The notes: generated by a model from the sequence alone, not told the origin. A stretch of DNA of 64,000 nucleotides from Antedon mediterranea (GCF_964355755.1 NC_092671.1:22518070-22582069); one strand, 5' to 3'; positions 11,541-25,230 are shown, numbered from the stretch's first letter. Made by a program: numbers and translations.

Positions 11541-14500
11541 ATTGTTCAGTGAATGCCACACTGAGCGCTTCTGGCAGCACAGTGTTGATCGCATTTATAC
11601 GCTTATTACACTTATTACACCAGTATATAAAGTTATTTATACATTGTATCATATTAGTGACTTACATGAACAGAATATATTAATCAGAGATTTTATACCT
11701 GAACTGTGTGTTAGGCTGTTTTTAAAAGCTTACCTAAGCTACCATTGTCTTAGCTGTTATTGTTCTGTAGCATAGGCTGTGTAGGCTGTTGTGTGCCTAT
11801 CTGCTTTGTTGTTGTTTGTGCTGCTATGCTGACATTCTTTAGCCTAGCTAGGAATGTGTACTCTTCATCATTTATTTATTTATTTGGTTCAATGTACAAC
11901 TACACATCAAAAGTATTATACAGCATATCTAGCTGCTGCTTGAAATCTATCCGATTGGATTCATCTACTTGGAGTTACATATGTAGGCTTGGACTTAACA
12001 ATAAAAAACGAACGAGACGGGGATGCCGTGGCGGCGCATCAAAGCGGAGAAAGCAAAATATATCATTTTTTCAAGAATACATCCCATATCCAAGCAGTGC
12101 ACAAACCAGAATTTCTTTTTGCTTACTTAATGCAAGATCAATTTGTGATCCGAATCAAACCGGAAAATCCACTTCAATATTTGAGCACATTATAGATAAC
12201 GATTTGGACATTTTTGCGCTAACTGAGACATGGTTGCGTGATGATGACTCAATTTCTGCTGGCTGCATAACTCCAGATGGTTACATGTTTAACCATGTTC
12301 CTAGAACATATGGTCGTCATGGGGGAGTCGCCCTCATGTACAAAGCTGGTCTAAAAACACGCTCTCTGGACTTACCTGACTGTAGTACTTTTGAATCGTT
12401 GGGAATTCAATTTAGTAACGGAATTCAAACACTGCGAATTATAGTTATCTATCGTCCTCCTCCTAGCAAGAAAAATGGTTTCACCGTCTCACATTTCGTC
12501 AATGAGTTCTCTAACATGCTTGATACCATTGCATTAGTACATTCCGACTTGCTCATTGCCGGGGATTTCAACTTTCACCTTGACAAATCCGAGAATAGGG
12601 AGGTTATGCAGTTTATGAGCCTTCTTAAAGTTTATGATCTTAATCAACATGTTAAGCAACCAACCCATGAGGCAGGTCATACTCTTGACCTGCTTATTAC
12701 CAAATCAACTGACACTTTTCTAACTGATGTCAATGTGGGCATCCCACATATATCTGACCACTCAGCCGTACATTGTAAGTTACAGTTAAATAAACCGCCG
12801 CCAACTCAGAAAATAGTTTCTAGTCGTAACTACAAGAATCTCTGTGCTGACTCTGTTGTCAGCGAGTTACTACCACTAACACTGACTGTATCTCTTCCAT
12901 GTGACATTGATGATGCTATATGTATGTACAACTCTACATTGCGTTCAATCATAGATAAACTTGCTCCAACTAAGTCGCGTCTGGTGACTATTCGACCGCA
13001 AACTCCATGGTATACTGATGAGATACGAAAACAGAAAAAAGTAAGAAGGCAGCTGGAGAGGAAATGACGTAAGACAGGTCTCGAAACTGATTGGCATGCT
13101 TACACACATCAACGCCAATGTGTATCATCACATATTCATACTGCAAAGTTGGAATATCACTCAGCTCTAGTAAATAATGCTGTAGGCGACCAGAAGCAAT
13201 TATTCAAAATTGTAAACACGTTACTGCATAGAGGAAATAAGACACCCTTACCTACCTGTAAATCAACCAGTATTCTTGCTGAACGTTTTTCAGAGTTTTT
13301 TAATGAAAAGATCACTAAAATTCGATCAGGATTTCCTCAATCTGTTCTCCAAGATGCGCATACATTTAGTACAAGGGCTCCTTTAAGCTGTCAACTGTCT
13401 ATTCTTGAACCAACCACAGATGAGGAGATCGAGAAATTGATCAAGGCATCCCCGATAAAGTATTGTGAGCTAGATCCTATTCCAACTTGGCTTTTAAGGG
13501 ATTGCGCTCCTGTAATAGTTCCAGTGCTAATGAAATTAGTTAATCTTTCACTTATCACATCCACAGTACCGCAGAATTTAAAGAAAGCACATATACGGCC
13601 TTTGCTGAAGAAGACTGGCCTCAACCCAGAAGTTCTTAAAAATTATAGACCGGTTTCAAATTTATCCTTTGTTTCAAAGCTTACTGAGCGTGTTGTTGCA
13701 GTTAGACTCTCTAAGCATATGTCAAATCACAACCTCCATGAAACTTACCAATCAGCATACAAAGCTAACCACAGTGTGGAAACAGCGCTTCTACGTGTTC
13801 AGAATGACGTTTTGACATCAATAGATAATCAAGAACTTGTTATTCTAGTTTTACTAGACTTATCGGCTGCTTTTGACACAGTAGATCACTCACTGCTTCT
13901 TCATAGATTGTCACATGATATTGGGGTAAGAGATCAAGCATTGTCTTGGTTCACATCATATCTAAGGAACAGAACCCAGGCCGTCTGCATTGGTGATGTT
14001 TCATCAGATGACCTTCCTCTATTATGTGGCGTCCCACAAGGTTCGGTGCTTGGACCACAGCTGTTTTCCATCTATGTTGCCCCAGTTGCTGAAATAATAC
14101 GAAGACACGGATTATGTCATCATTTCTATGCAGATGATATACAAATCTACGTTTCTGTCAAGCCTTGCCAGACCAAGTTTCTGTCCGCCGTAAAACGGTT
14201 AGAAGCATGCACTACTGAGATTAGAAAATGGATGGGCTCCAACTTCCTCAAGCTAAATGATAAAAAGACCGAGGTGATCCTATTTGGTTCTGTTCAGCAG
14301 AGAAAAAAGATCCGGTTTGATGGCCTACATATTGGTGGCGTACTAGTCAATCCATCATCAGAAGTTCGTAACCTTGGTGTACAACTTGATTGTAAAATGA
14401 CCATGGAATCACATATCAACAAAATCTGCCGATCTGCTATTTTCCATTTATGTAACATCGCCAAGATCAGACGTTACTTGAACCATTGTGCAACAGAGCA

Positions 14501-15028
14501 GATTGTACATACTTTTGTTACCAGTCGGCTTGATATGGGAAATTCCCTGCTGTATGGTCTGCCAAAGAAGCAGTTGCGGACTCTGCAGAAGGTGCAAAAT
14601 TGGGCAGCTCGCTTGGTGATGTGCGCCAAGAAGTATGATCATGTCACACCATTGTTCAAAGAGTTAAATTGGCTACCCATGGAGTCACGTGTTAAATTTA
14701 AGATCCTGCTGCTGGTGTTCCGATGCCTAAATAGTTGCGCTCCAAAATATCTCTCAGAATTGTTGACAGTCAAGAAGGGAAAGCGAGAACTAAGATCTAG
14801 TCATCAGGTGCTACTGGACATTCCAAGGAGCAAACATAGTTGGGGAGATCGGACTTTCAGTGTTGCTGGACCTAGGCTCTGGAACCACCTACTCTTGAAC
14901 ATTAAACACACATCATTATTGAGTCACTTTAAGTCACTACTCAAAACTCACCTTTTCTGATTTTTTACAGCGCCATGAGCAATGAATGTTGGAATGGCGC
15001 TATATAAATCGAACGATTGATTGATTGA
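11541..15028 (+). mobile_element. L2-clade LINE, apparently single-ORF, inserted in Gypsy RNase H
   Basis: TSD TTGGC, 3' stem-loop AGCGCC...GGCGCTATATAAAT and (GATT)n tail. Removal restores DGLG-AALYQ. Confidence 0.93.
11826..14960 (+). pseudogene. L2 ORF (APE + RT), continuous except for one in-frame TGA at 13065-13067
   Basis: ORFs 11760-13067 and 13149-14960 are in the same frame. Motifs RRGCRGG, LTETWL, GDFN, SDH, LDLSAAFDTVDH, PQGSVLGP, YADD. Confidence 0.92.
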
Positions 15029-17413
15029 TTGGCGCTGCGCTATATCAAGAGCAAAATGGTCGCGAGCGCGTTATTGCATATGCCAGCAGAGGTCTCTCTG
15101 CTAGTGAACGTAACTACCCAGCTCATAAATTAGAATTTTTAGCTTTGAAGTGGGCTGTGACACAGAAGTTTCACGATTATCTGTATGGTAGGCACTTTTC
15201 TGTTAAAACTGACAATAATCCCTTAACTTACGTAGCTATTACCGCTAAATTAGATGCTACATCTCATAGGTGGTTAGCTGCTTTATCATGTTACCCTTTC
15301 TCTATTAGCTATCGTGCTGGAAAGCATAATGCGGATGCTGATGGTTTATCTAGGCGCCCATTTACTTCAGAAATCTCAGAAAGTAGTGACCAAAGAAAGC
15401 AAGATCTATTGTCTAGATTAGAACCACAGACTGATGGGAACCTTGACCACGATGCAATAAAAGCCTTATGCTCTTATCACCAGACTCATCTTGATTTCAA
15501 TAATGTCGATTTTTTCCCCTTGTTGACTCGTTACCTAGGTATTCCGAAGATACTGGTTATGTAGTTGTCCAGAATAACCCTCACACATTGTCCTCTATGA
15601 AACCTTCTGATTGGGAGACTAAACAGAAAGATGACCCTGTAATTTCTAGAGTTTTATTTTATTTAGATAGACAACGTCATCCCACTTTCCGTGAGCGCTT
15701 ATCTGAGGATAAGTTAGTACTGATAATTATTAAAGAATGGGACCGGCTTAGCGTACGTAACGGCGTACTTTATCGACTTCGCAAAAATAAGAATGGCCAG
15801 GATTGTTTTCAATTAGTTTTACCTGCAAAATTTAAGTCCACAGTTCTCAAAAGTCTACATAACGACTTTGGTCATTTTGGCAGAGATCGCACCCTAGATT
15901 TAATTAGAGATAGGTTCTACTGGCCAAAATTAGAAAGAGATGTTGATCTTCATATTAAGACATGTGGCCGGTGTATTCGGAGAAAAACTCTACCGTTAGT
16001 GTCAAAGGCTCCTTTAGTTAGTATTAAGACCAGTGAAGCTATGGAGTTAGTTTCCATGGATTATTTGTCACTGGAAGAGTCTAAAGGTGGTTATAATAGT
16101 ATTCTAGTGATAACCGATAATTTTACTAGGTATGCTCAGGCGATACCAACTAGAAATCAGAGAGCTCGAACTACTGCTCGCATTTTATTTGATAATTTCT
16201 TTGTTCATTATGGTTTTCCGGCCCGATTACATTCAGACCAAGGTAGAAATTTTGAGTCTGAGGTGATAGCTGAATTATGTAAATTGTGTGGCATAACTAG
16301 GTCCCACACCACCCCATATCATCAGCAAGGTAATCCTCAATGTGAGCGGTTCAATCGTACTTTATTGGATATGTTAGAAACTCTCACCGATGATGGCAAA
16401 GCTGACTGGAAATCTCATGTAGCCCCCTTAGTTCACGCATACAATGCAACGACTAACAATTCTACTGGATACTCCCCTCATTTTCTTATGTTTGGACGTC
16501 ATCCTCGACTTCCTATTGATATAATTTTAGGTTTAGATAGGCAACAGACTCAGGCTACTATAGGTACAAAATATGTAAATGACACGAAGAAGCGATTAGA
16601 AAGCGCATATCAGCGAGCTTCTGCGCAAGCGAACAAATCATCTAGCGCAAATAAAGAAATGTATGATAAAAAAGGTACGTGGCTCTGCACTTCAAGTAAG
16701 TGACAGAGTGTTAGTTAGGAAATTAGGTTTTAAAGGTGCACACAAACTTTCTTATAGGTGGGGTCAAACTTCGTATAAAGTAATTAAACGTATTAGTCCC
16801 GATGTTCCGGTATATGTTGTGAAGCCTGAAAACATTAGAGGTCCTGAACGTACATTGCACAGAAATCATTTGTTGCCAATCCCTGCCCTCCCCTTTGATG
16901 ACGGACATAACAACAACTCTCAGCCTCAACAGAGCACACCCCAAACAGATGTTTCTAATCTACCAGGTACTAGTGGTACAGGCCGTCACCATACTCAAGC
17001 AACTTGTCTCCCTGTTCCCAGTTCAGTACCACCTACCCCTTTACCCCGTCGACGTGTTGCCCGACCTATCCCAGTCCCACGAAAACCACAGCCTAAACCT
17101 AACATTCCTATTCCATCTCCTCGACCTGTTACACCTGACAATGATGATGATTTGCCTACCCCAATTCCACGACCTAGACGTATTACTAAACCTCCTGTTT
17201 GATTTTCGTACTCTATGTCTATTCCTAACCCGAATTTAAATGCAGATTTTATGGTTAAACTTTTAGATGATGTTTCAAAAGAGTCCGAAAGAAACGCATC
17301 CCTTAGACAATGTATTTTGCAAAGGTTTGCATTTTTAAATATTTAGTTTAAGTTCATTGTAGTTGATTATGTTTTAAAATAATTTGATGTATAATGTCGG
17401 GACGACATTCTTT

Positions 17414-17427
17414 AAAGTAGGGGAGGA
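17414..17427 (+). promoter_or_regulatory. Polypurine tract of Gypsy B
   Basis: AAAGTAGGGGAGGA immediately before the TGT of the 3' LTR. Confidence 0.9.
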
Positions 17428-18476
17428 TGTAATAGTGTGCATTTTTTATTTGTTTAAATTTACTTTTATAATTCTTTTACCTTTTATTTTTTAATAACTT
17501 CAATGTTAAGTTTTCTTAATTAATTCTTAGTTTGTAGTTAGGACCCCCAATTCCTAACATCTGGAAAGAATATGATAATCTATCAACTGTTCACTAATTA
17601 CACTAATTGTGGAATTTATAACTGCCCTAATGGGATTTCTAATGGAGTTGCTGTAAACATGTGTTACTGTCCAGTGGTCCAGTTTGCCCTAGCTTTAACT
17701 GAGGTGAAGGTGAAGTGACACCAATCAAGACCAATCAATCGAATTATATGGGTGGAGTCTAGCCCCCTTATAAAATAGAAAGACAGGAAAAGGAGAGGAG
17801 AACAGAGAAAAAGATTCAAGAATCGACAAGTTATACAGAGAGCTGAGGAACACTCAGAACTGAACACAAAGAAGTATCGTTTAGGAATTTATCCGAACGA
17901 AACAGTGTGTTGCAGAATTTGTTTTTTTTTTGTTTTAAATTATTTGGCCATAAAACCGAGAACCAGCTATTATTTAAGAATTTGATCCTGTCTTATTGAA
18001 TAATTAAGAAGAAGACTACTTTCAACTTTTTATCACCTCATTTTGGATTGGACTGTTCCTGTTATCGTATTTGATTTTCTTTTGTTTCGCCGTTTGCTGG
18101 ACTACATTTACTTTGATTGAACATTTTGTGCACATCCCCAAATTACCTCGCGTGAGTAGTGTTAGGTTAGACTAGGTGTAGGTTTTAATTAAATATTATC
18201 TTTTTTTTGCATAATTGTAGTGTATTCTTTTAATTATTATTTAACAGAATAAATTAAAGTTATACAATTTTAGTTGTTGTGTTTAGTGTATTGCTTTCCT
18301 TCTGTGTGACGTAGCTCATACCGGCTGAGTGGTTAACCGTGAACCGGATCCCCACGATTCCTTAGTGCCGTTTTTTTTATTCATTCGGAAGTTCGAGAGA
18401 CCAGGTCCGAGTAAATATATTATTTGTAGCACGCGGTGCTAGCATTGCGCAAAACGATTGCTAAGGAGAGTGAACA
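17428..18476 (+). repeat. 3' LTR of Gypsy B (last 9 bp missing)
   Basis: Near-identical to the 5' LTR (about 16 substitutions counted by eye). Ends GTGAACA instead of GTGAACACTCGCTACA. Confidence 0.95.
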
Positions 18477-18818
18477 TAGTAATAGTAATATTAATATTTA
18501 AGATATTTATAATACTTTGTGTCAGCATTTTTTTGGAGTAAATAATAAATAGATAAAAAATAATAATAAATAAAATAATATATATAATAAAGTATTTTCT
18601 TTCTGACATGTTTAGGAAAAAAATTAAATAGTAGCATGCTCCGTCAATTAAACAATTTAAGAAATTAAAAGAAAGCAGTTACAAAATATGTGCAATTAAA
18701 GTTGGTTGCCATACAACAAACCATTAACATTCATAGAGGTACCATTTCTGAAAGTTGGTTGCTTCCTCTTGTCATAGGCCGTGATCATTACTTCTCAGGA
18801 TAATGTATACAATTAAAG

Positions 18819-19565
18819 TTAGCCATACAACTGACCATTGATATAGAGGTTACCATTTCTGAAAGTAGGTCGCTTCCCTTCTTCATATGCCTTGGTCATC
18901 ACTTCTCTCAAGCCTCTTTTTTTCTTTAAGTCTGATTCACTGAGATCATCAATGACACATTTACTGGTATTTTTAAATAGTGACCTCGCTTGTGTAAAGA
19001 CTTGATTACGTTGAGAACGGTATACGAACCGTACGATAATATGTCTTGATGTTTCATTCCTATACGATGAGCGTTTTCAATTTTGATGTCTGGTATATTT
19101 AGTTCTTTTTCAATCAAATCTGTAATTTTCACTATAGCATTTTCATGATCATGTTCTGGAAGACCGCCGAATCGCAAGTTGTAAGATCTTGAGTGCCGTT
19201 CGAGCTTATTCAGTTGTTTTTGCATCGTTGACAACTTCAATTTTTCATTTCCAACATCAGCCGAAACATCTTTAATGTTCGCATCTAAAGTAGCAGTTTT
19301 ATTTTTTAAATCCGATATTGAAAAGCACATGCGAATTCAATTGATTTTTCAAACTCAGACTGCTTGGTTTCAAGCGTGTCCATCCTCGTAAGCATGGTTG
19401 GTTACGCAAGACCGAATCCAGCTGGTCACGAATACCGCGCAGATATGTTGTTAGTCCTACAAGTTCACGCCTCAATAGCTCTGTGTCGGTTTCGGCGACA
19501 GCGGCTTCCAGTATTGGTGGCTCAGGTGATGTTGGGGCTAGGACTATTTCCTTCTTTTTTGGCAT
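18819..19565 (-). pseudogene. LINE ORF1 (coiled coil + L1-type RRM), frameshifted
   Basis: LERHSRSYNLRFGGLPE...IENAHRIG and C-terminal FRNGNLYINGQLYG*. Confidence 0.8.
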
Positions 19566-19735
19566 TCTGACTTAAAATTTCACCGTGTAATTAAGATGTG
19601 GTATAATACAAATGAAATACTCACAGTTCAAATATACTTAGACTTGATGATAGTTAGATATTAGTAACGTTTTAGAGGATATTTAGCGGAGCTGCTACGA
19701 CTAACCATTCATTCACATGCCATGCTGCCAAATAC

Positions 19736-20340
19736 AGCTTTATCTGCCATCAAGTTTCCGCCCCATGCATGCCTACTAGTCTAGTCATGTAGCTATAGAT
19801 TCCTTGGCATCTCGTCATATATCACTCCTCTAACATTCTTCCTCACTTCCTGTTCCTTGCAGTCGTCTTCTTCGGTTCTCTGTTATCATGCAACCAGCTG
19901 CCTAGTTGATATCTTTATCTATGCCTGAAGACTCACAGATTGCTGGCGTGTTACACCTTTGTCTTAGCCTTGCTCATCCTTCCTATCAGTTTTTGGGTTT
20001 CTTACTGCTCATACGCAGCTCTTCACTTGCTTTTTCTTAGCATAGCTTGCAACTAACTTTACTACAGACATTATGCCTGCTTATATCTTTCTCGTGCTTT
20101 ACTGGCTGGAGTTCAAGTTATCTTCTATTCTCTTATTTCCATTTCACCCTCCTGTATTTCCTTTGTCTACCATCACTCATCCGTGTTCCCTTTCTTTCCT
20201 AACTGCTGTATCTATGATGATCATTCTGAACTGGTTCTATTTGGTCTGCCATTATAATTATCTTCCCCATGGGATAGAATTGGTGGCGCGCATCTTCGTT
20301 GGCACCTCTCAGTAGTTTATAATACAAGATCTTAGTTTAG
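19736..20340 (-). mobile_element. Highly decayed RTE-like LINE fragment (parts repeated at 23559-23712 and 25796-26080)
   Basis: Minus-strand traces KNVRGVIYD and MHGAET; the 25.7-kb copy continues IKKLEAVEMRCMKR. Confidence 0.5.
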
Positions 20341-20599
20341 CCATAGCCTCATTAAAGGCATATTAGTTTGTAGTTCTATATCATTCTGTAGTTGTAATAA
20401 TTATAGTTAGTTATAAATTGCTTATGTGACTCGTTTTTAATTATTCAGATTAAATTGGCAGGAAGTCTTGAGGCACCAAAATATTGTAAAAATGTGAAGA
20501 TGGGTAACTTACAAAAAATACAGCAGATGCCTATTTCATTTCAAGGGAGCATATGGCATACCTTGTTAATCTGTGCCCGATGTACACAAGATGAGATCA

Positions 20600-21210
20600 T
20601 TTAACTTCAACTGTTTTTGGAAAACTGCCCCATCAAGTTCCATTCTATTTGGTCATTAAACTTCCTAGATTTTGTATCAGCAATAACATTTTGAATTCCC
20701 GGTATGTATTGAGCAGTGACAAATATGTCTCTGGGTATTCACCATTCCCAAATCTCTTCTGCCATAGCATTGCAATCCTGTGATTTTATTCCCCCCATGT
20801 TATTTATACTGTATACACCACTGCAGTGGTATTGTCAATTTTTATCAAAACATGGCTATTTAAACTATTTACACAAAGGGCTGTTAGTGCAAACATGGCA
20901 GCCTTCATTTCTAGATAGTTTATTTTATTTGACTTGATTTTTTCTATTTCCTTGGAATTCCATCTCCCTCCTGTGTGAATAGAACCGTTTGACGCACCCC
21001 ATCCGAGTCCCGAAGCATCACTAGTTAGGTTCACAGAGGGTACCCCATGATCTATTTTCTTTGTTACCGATTTAGCATTTTCAATCCACCATTTGAGTTC
21101 CCTTTTAGCGGTTTGTGTGATGACCATGTTTAGTCTCAGTACATAGATTTTGTCTTTTTCGAACCAACGGTAATGTAATAGTCCATATTGAACACCCGGA
21201 ATTAAAGTTA
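20600..21210 (-). mobile_element. DIRS1-type retroelement fragment (RT C-terminus / RNase H)
   Basis: ELKWW, TSDASGLGWG, INYLEMKA, DNTTAVVY, MGG, IPGIQNVIAD. Confidence 0.85.
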
Positions 21211-21899
21211 AACCAATATTAGCTAGTGATATTGTTTTTATAATTATTTGTCTTTTTTTTGTGATATTGTCCCTTAATGCTATTTGACCGACTCAATTGC
21301 TGTCCATGTCTCTCTAATAATGGTTGGCCATAGTGTTAAAACATAAAAAAAAGTTTCCCCTTAAAAGATCTGTCCCCAAACGAAGAGTTCTACTATAATA
21401 TCAATGTTAGGTCTACACTATAATAGCTTATGAGAAGAAAAATTTACTACACCAATGTTATAATGTAAAAGAAAAATACTAGTGTCAATGTTTTTTAATT
21501 AACTTAGGCGCACTTTTAGTAAAAAAAATGTTGTAAATGTATGATAGAAACATATTAGGCATCATATTTTGAAAAATAAAAAATATCCAAATCATCTAAA
21601 ATTCTAGTAAATTACCCAATTTTTATACTACAGATAAATAAATACATATAAAATTATTGTACCAAATTTGAACAAAATTGAAGTTGGTTAAGTATAATTC
21701 CGCGATGGTTTTTTAATGATGTTTTTACAGTTTTATTTTATCTAAATAATACTAAAATATCTATCACTAATAAAAACCTAACTTTCCGATATACCGTATT
21801 AAAATTTTGGAATTAAATACTCTTTTATGAGTGGAACACTATTAAATATTAAATGTAATGTAATAATTAGTCATTAATTAGATATTATTTGACCTTTTT

Positions 21900-22030
21900 T
21901 TCCTAAAGACGTCGCTATTCGCTGATGTTCTCGCACGTTGTTAATGCACAAAGCGCCATGAGCGCCACATGGGTGGAGGATACCGGCGCTATATAAGTTT
22001 TCATTTATTATTATTATTATTATTATAATA
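21900..22030 (+). mobile_element. L2-type 3' tail (LINE or SINE)
   Basis: AGCGCCATGAGC...GGCGCTATATAA followed by (ATT)n; same motif as 14969-15007. Confidence 0.65.
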
Positions 22031-24835
22031 AGAGAGGAAGCTGTTTTTCTGGTAATATTTATATGGTTATTGTGTGTTCTATTCTTCCGCTCGAGTATTC
22101 TTTAACCCCCCACAGACTACATCGCCCAGATAACGAGATCCTAAATATTTTTTTTTTCTTATACTATAGGAAAGGTGATTCCATTTTGCTAAAGGAACCT
22201 ATAGAAATACAATAGCTTTATTTATTTGCAGTTTATTCAACAAGAAACGGAAACTAAATATCTAAATAAATAAAGTATAGGCTAGACGTAATAAATTAAA
22301 TTAATAAGTACTTTTAGTACGATAAAATGTATTATCAATGTGCAAAATATGTAGCACATGATGCCATAAAAAATAAATTGACGAGTCTCGGTAAATATGT
22401 AGGCTTAGCTCATGGTTCAGTGTAGCGGAGGAAATTCACTTTAGCTGCGTGTAGGCCTAGGACTTGTAGCGTGGGGGGCCTAGCAAGTCAAGCAGAGTGC
22501 CTCGGCCTCCCTCTAGTAGGTAGAATGTTAAGTTAGACCAGGCCATTTTTAAATAGGGCTGAATAGCGGAAATAGTTCTGGTGGTTCTACTTATGCCTAT
22601 ATTTATTTGTATTAAATGATTTACCAAATCCTATACTTATACTACCTTAACAGAAAAATTAGTAATGACAGGCATGTTATGACAGATCTGTTTTCTTCTT
22701 TCTTGTATGGGAATATAGGTTAGGCCTAGTATTACGGTAGTTACGCCTACTAGTAGGCCTAAGCTACATCGTTAGTCTAGTATCAAGCTAGCCTAGGCCA
22801 AAGACCCTAATTAGGCCTCTAGGCCTAGATAGCAAATTGTTTTTCAGTTGACCGCTTTCATTCTAAAAACTAGGAAATGTAATTTTGGTTTAAGAGTTAT
22901 TTTGTTTAGGCCCAGCAGGCTAGTCTACATGCTGGGGCCTATCATCTTAGTATTGGCCTAGCCTATACCAATACCTAACTATTAAATACAGTACAATCTC
23001 TCCGCATGTCCTATTAAACACCAAACAAGACTGTTCAGGGTTACTGGCAAACGGATGTAAATAGGCCTATATGCTTTTTATAAATTAACTTCAGTTCCAA
23101 AAAGTCAATATTTATATAGTTAAAAATATTAATAAATAATGCTAAATGTTACGCATACACATCTTATTTGATCGATTCAATAAACAATATTTAATAATTC
23201 GAGATCTGTGCTGACTTGTCTGTGTTTTTGGGTGATTCTTCAGACAAGACACAAAGCCGTTGGTCACTGTCTGTATGACCTAATAATTAATAATTAATTT
23301 AACATTAGTAGAATTCTTATTGTTTCTTCAGAAGAAAAAAATCTCAAAATGACCAACAGAAGACGACTGGATATGTGTTTTGAAGCATCACATATCACAA
23401 GACAAAGACCCGGACGGACATTTTTGCTGTATTCTATTTGAAGGAAAAGGTAATCTTATAATAGGCTTACTAATATTGTATGCAGTGTAGTACAGGCATC
23501 ACTGCATCAGTGAAAAATTCTGAAATTTAACACCAGACCATGATTTACTGGGACGGATGTTCCCTTTCTTTCCTAGCTGCTGCCTCCATTATAATCATTG
23601 GAACTGGTTTTTTTTGGTCTCTGCCATTATCTTCCCCATGGGATGGAATTGGTGGCATCTTTGTTGGCATCTCTCAGTAGTTTATAATACAAGATCTTAG
23701 TTTAGCCATAGCAATTTGTGTCTGCTGTCCACCACTTCTATAATAGGTGTGTATAGCTTTATAGTCTGGCTTTCTTAAACCATGTGTTGGCAATCTATCC
23801 ATTTAGGCTACATAAATAGCAACTGCAGACCTTCCTTAATATTAACAATAAATAAATTATATAATAAACTATAACAATTAATATTCTACCACTCTGTAGT
23901 TGTAATAATTATAGTTCGTTATAAATTGGTTATGTGACTCGTTTTTGTTTATTCAGATTAAATTGGCAGGAAGTCTTGAGGCCCCAAAATATGTTTTGAA
24001 AATGTGAACACGGGTAACTTACAAAAAATACAGTAAATGCTAAGTTCTTTTCAAGGAAGCATATGGCATTCCTTGTTAATCTGTGTCCGATGTTCACAAG
24101 ATGAGGTAATTTCAAGGTATTTTTCATTTGATATACATTTTTTTTTGTTAAACCAGATTTTTAAATGTCACATTAATGAGCATGAATTCAGTTTGTTTTG
24201 TTTTGTTTTTTTCTCTACAATATTACAATATTCATGAGAATGTTCAGAGTGTTGTCACAACTGGAAAAACCAATCCTTAATTGTATTGTAGACAAAGTGT
24301 TATGTTATTATTATATTGTAAATCCTATTAGCTGATCATAGTCAATATCAAATTAGTTGTTGTGATTTAAAAACAAATGCTATGTTAAAATGCTGCTATG
24401 TAAACTTGGGTGTAGGTGTAGTATGTGTCATTGTGTCTTGACTCTTGACACAGGAAACCTATTAATTGCCAAACTATGATTTGATATATTTTTTTCCTCT
24501 ATTGATTGATGATATGGATTTAAAATCAGAAAATGTGGAGCTGAGCAGATTTGATGAATGAAAAGCTTCTCAATCAAATTGACAAACTGAATGAAGTGGT
24601 TGCTGTGTAATTGTAAGTTTCATGTTTAATATTGAAACTAATACATTCCACCCATAATCATTTGATGTATGTTTTGATATACAGTACTCCTATTTCATAT
24701 TTATTATAAAAATTGGATATTACTGTCAGCAAATTACCTAATTCTGGGATTTGTCTGTTATTATAAATGTTGACTATTGTTGTGTACATATTCACATACA
24801 TGTGTTTTTCTGTTTATTATTTTCTTGTACTGTAG

Positions 24836-24947
24836 ATCTGCCAGATGTTTTACGTAAACATGGCGATTTTTTAGCAGATGTGTCCACCAAACCATCGTCC
24901 ATGTTTTCCAGATCAATTGCGACAATCTATGGCAAAAAGAATCCTAG
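24836..24947 (+). other. Candidate orphan exon (unidentified)
   Basis: Pyrimidine tract + AG, open frame LPDVLRKHGDFLADVSTK...KKNP, donor GTAATT. Confidence 0.25.
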
Positions 24948-25073
24948 GTAATTCATCAATTCATTTTACGATTTATCTTCAAAATTGATCATTTTTACGC
25001 CTTGTATATTTGTCCGGAATTTACGGTTAGTTGCTCTATGTAATGCTGAACGAATGATGACAGCCTTCATTTG

Positions 25074-25230
25074 GAGTGGAGTTGTGGCTTGGTGGTTATG
25101 AAGCTTGGTTACCAATTCAAGGGTCCTGGGTTCAAGTCCTGTCAGATGTCAGGATTTTTTCTAATGACAAATTACAACTCCACTCTCAAAGACTTTTGTT
25201 TATGTAGAGCATCTTCTGTATGTTTTTCTT
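25074..25230 (+). mobile_element. tRNA-derived SINE head, same family as 9781-10094
   Basis: Same A and B boxes and downstream ACAACTCCACTC...TATGTAGAGCATCTT. Confidence 0.85.

Larger units (their letters stand above)
8864..17202 (+). pseudogene. pol: Pol (protease, RT, RNase H, integrase), interrupted by three insertions
   Basis: LIDTGSQVT; LDLKSGYWQ, YLDD; TDAS, LEFLALKWA, DNNPL, ADGLSR; HHCC (HNDFGH...C..C) and DDE (MDY, SDQG, ERFNRTL). Confidence 0.95.
5380..18476 (+). mobile_element. Full-length Gypsy/Ty3 LTR retrotransposon (element B), inactivated, with four nested insertions
   Basis: Paired ~1.05-kb LTRs, PBS, gag, PR-RT-RH-IN order and PPT. Confidence 0.97.
1798..19735 (-). mobile_element. 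Originally full-length two-ORF LINE (CR1/L2 group, Crack-like), split by Gypsy B at 5380-18476
   Basis: ORF2 fragments (APE+RT) at 1851-5379 and ORF1 at 18819-19565 lie on the same strand on either side of the Gypsy insertion. Confidence 0.8.
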
